Assembly: GCA_046706945.1 (NCBI GenBank)
Contig: JBJKOY010000213.1
Span: forward strand, 731-64,730
Reading direction: 5' to 3'
Length of the DNA stretch: 64,000 bases
Source: Ignavibacteriaceae bacterium
GTDB lineage: Bacteria; Bacteroidota; Ignavibacteria; Ignavibacteriales; Ignavibacteriaceae
How positions within the stretch are numbered: position 1 is the first letter of the stretch; each line of letters opens with the position of its first letter. The position numbers and the translations under genes were made by a program. Of the stretch, positions 63,101 through 64,000 are shown in pieces. A model generated the notes under the pieces. That model ran no database searches. It saw nothing but the letters and a program-made list of their open reading frames with translations, and was not told the origin of the DNA.

Positions 63101-63692
63101 TTTATGGTCGTTCTTCGGAACGGAACTGAGCCCCTTCATTAACAAGGGGAACTGGAGCGTCAACAAATGGGAAGGATCGGGAATAAATATTTCTAATAAT
63201 TTTATTGAGTCGTTAAAAAAAGCCGATCTGATTTCGGGTACGCTGTTTAAGAACGGGAATATGAAAATATTTTTCAAAATAAAGCCGCAGCTTCCGGAAT
63301 CTAACCCTGTATCGGGAGCCAAACCTATTGTTGAACAGGTTTACATTAATCTGGACGGGACGGAAAATTATTACAAGATGGGAGTGCCTTTCTGGAGCGA
63401 ATATTCCTGGCCCGGCGGCAGGGGAACGCCTTGTGCAAGGCTTAACGTATCCGTACACGGATACGGTACTTCGGAAACGAAATCATACGACGGAGAATGG
63501 GCTTTATTTAAATTATTAGATGAAGCCGTTGTTTCCGCCGGTTCGTCGTCGCAGCATGTATATAATTGGAATTTCAAAAAAGCGGGTGTATATAACATAT
63601 ATGTTTCTTATGTCATAAACGCAGGCAGTTCAAGAAATCCATTTATGCCGGATATATTCGGCTCTTTTAATCTTCCGGAAAAAATATATTAA
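60153..63692 (+). CDS. tssM: type VI secretion membrane protein TssM (IcmF family)
   Basis: 1179 aa with N-terminal TM hairpins. Hallmark P-loop segment ALYALPWYVLIGPSAAGKTTAIQNSGLEFPF, a third TM segment around AAFASSAALILLCSFTFIGY, and a large periplasmic C-terminal region. Confidence 0.9.
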   Translation: MNFLNKLKDPLLIAVITFILISVLFYIFGVIFRIPMIYRIGIIIFILLIIVIISLYIRMKEIQNAGQIEQSINSQADDQMRNVSPEKKAEIEQFKKQLEAAITSLKNSKLAKGKRGKAALYALPWYVLIGPSAAGKTTAIQNSGLEFPFGKEGFRGVGGTRNCDWFFSTKGIFLDTAGRYVTQSEDKPEWFAFLDTLKKNRKRKPVNGVLVAINIDLIINSGKDQLFEQARNIRLRIDELIEKLGMNFPVYLIFTKCDLIRGFVEYYGDFSETEREQLWGATLTPKQQFDPDPKSVFEEEFNKLSEKLFEIRNVRLSGPLKREQRSRVFLFPFQFKSLMPKLAYLAAEVFQPNPYQDNPIFRGFYFTSGTQEGVPLDLAIREIAKLFNLPESAGEGSAPLSETKSYFIKELLNNVVVGDQNYTAGRTRSAAKKINFSRNAAAFASSAALILLCSFTFIGYNGSSTMLKKIAGTSKTFTGINWSGDLINTFKKSDSLRSLIVNIKNGAANESFIDFGMDRSKEFSEYLRKLYLLRSENFFTRTIYSDISKELNEYAGGKDLPAGEIYNKLKAYLLLGDERNRLDTTKFKFLTEEFAALLRSRYLNLYPVASSAEKDTLEKLFYNYVSFFVSQLKDKDVYAVNNDKLLINLVRNRIQYKPNAETIYAGIIQNAAGQYSSDLTLEKAIGGRYSIMMSAGSKVPFIYTQTGWSTYIKKALEEELKNPARDDWVLGKTATNAENGYGFNSEEMKAKLLNLYCSDYLNTWIRFLQSIRYGNFETVPAASENMKLLSDPVNSPTAIVLKFFSEQLQIFPGMQGQDSARQKSGEFISPDYLNRNLLSEINKYRTFVNGTQGGAPGSDLNAVIGQYAALGAVLESIKGGQDLAKDYAVKVLNRGAVELPTAVRTVKGSAYNLPELQSLFVEPVMLTWKSILSDASQYLNHAWKTKVSDTFNNTLSNNYPFKNNGSDAPIQDFKDFFRAPDGILWSFFGTELSPFINKGNWSVNKWEGSGINISNNFIESLKKADLISGTLFKNGNMKIFFKIKPQLPESNPVSGAKPIVEQVYINLDGTENYYKMGVPFWSEYSWPGGRGTPCARLNVSVHGYGTSETKSYDGEWALFKLLDEAVVSAGSSSQHVYNWNFKKAGVYNIYVSYVINAGSSRNPFMPDIFGSFNLPEKIY

Positions 63693-64000
63693 CCGCATAA
63701 TTGACATTGAAAGAATTAAACAATCAAAATCCGGTTTGCGGAAATTAAGATTATGTTTTTATTCGATTATCAAAATAATGCTCCCGATAGTTGCTGTACT
63801 CTCAATAAAGAGGCTCTTTATAAAAGCGGCAGCTTTGTTGTGCCCGCGTTATTTTAGGCCATATACCTTAAATATTCTTCTCTATATATTCCCTTCTAAA
63901 CCTTCTCCTATAAATTATTTGGATATTTTTTATTCAAACAGCATCGGCGATATGATTCTCAAAGTGGACGAAAAAACAGAATCTGTCGATTACCCCGGAA

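Noticed and set aside
63752-64000. A short ORF (MFLFDYQNNAPDSCC.., about 34 aa) and an ATG at 63952 that opens a frame running off the window after tssM.
   Set aside because: Both are too short or too truncated to identify. A tagF- or tssA-type gene would be plausible here, but 16 codons give no evidence.

Overview
This is a 64-kb, moderately AT-rich, densely coding window with about 45 credible genes. I saw no rRNA, tRNA, CRISPR array, transposase or integrase.

Likely source: five secreted proteins end in a T9SS (Por) C-terminal sorting domain (..NYPNPFNPSTTI..GIYFYRL..KKMxLLK). The two TonB-dependent receptors carry CarboxypepD_reg N-domains. Together these point to an FCB-group bacterium, plausibly Ignavibacteriota-like. 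That assignment is inference only.

Content in order:
1. 1-1852: a partial secreted protein and an OmpA-family protein.
2. 2083-14711: a trehalose/alpha-glucoside locus. It holds a secreted GH65, a TonB-dependent receptor, a membrane-anchored solute-binding protein, a histidine kinase, a sigma-54 enhancer-binding response regulator, an MFS transporter and a cytoplasmic GH37 trehalase. Both target promoter regions carry the same bipartite cis-element: a TTATC-N5-GATAA palindrome about 90 bp upstream of a sigma-54-like TGGYYTAATTTTTG box.
3. 14948-17650: an AhpD-like protein, an MFS transporter and two gene remnants.
4. 17918-40500: a SusD-less, PUL-like locus for a uronate/amino-sugar glycan. 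It holds GH28, a TonB receptor, a T9SS-sorted beta-helix protein, a GntR-HTH/LacI-type regulator, GH2 beta-glucuronidase, an SSS transporter, two unknown secreted proteins, an NRAMP-fold transporter lacking the metal-binding residues, a TIM-barrel isomerase, GH20, GH88/105, a NagB-like protein and glycerate kinase.
5. 40800-43704: a clan GH-A hydrolase with a T9SS domain, and a membrane SpoIIE/PP2C phosphatase.
6. 43748-47219: a 256-bp nested inverted-repeat element directly upstream of an orphan pair, a glycyl-radical enzyme and its activase.
7. 47243-50631: a secreted non-specific nuclease divergent from a T9SS-sorted 5'-nucleotidase.
8. 51089-55949: two large T9SS cargo proteins. One contains a roughly 90 percent identical 744-bp internal tandem duplication. 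The other has 14 delta-60 repeats.
9. 56372-63692: a canonical T6SS-i style block, tagH-tssJ-tssK-tssL-tssM, cut by the window end.

Best candidates for novelty: the T6SS-i module in a T9SS-type genome, the sigma-54 three-component trehalose regulon, the metal-site-less NRAMP-fold transporter, and the orphan glycyl-radical enzyme with its inverted-repeat element.

All calls rest on reading the supplied translations and the DNA by eye. No searches were run.
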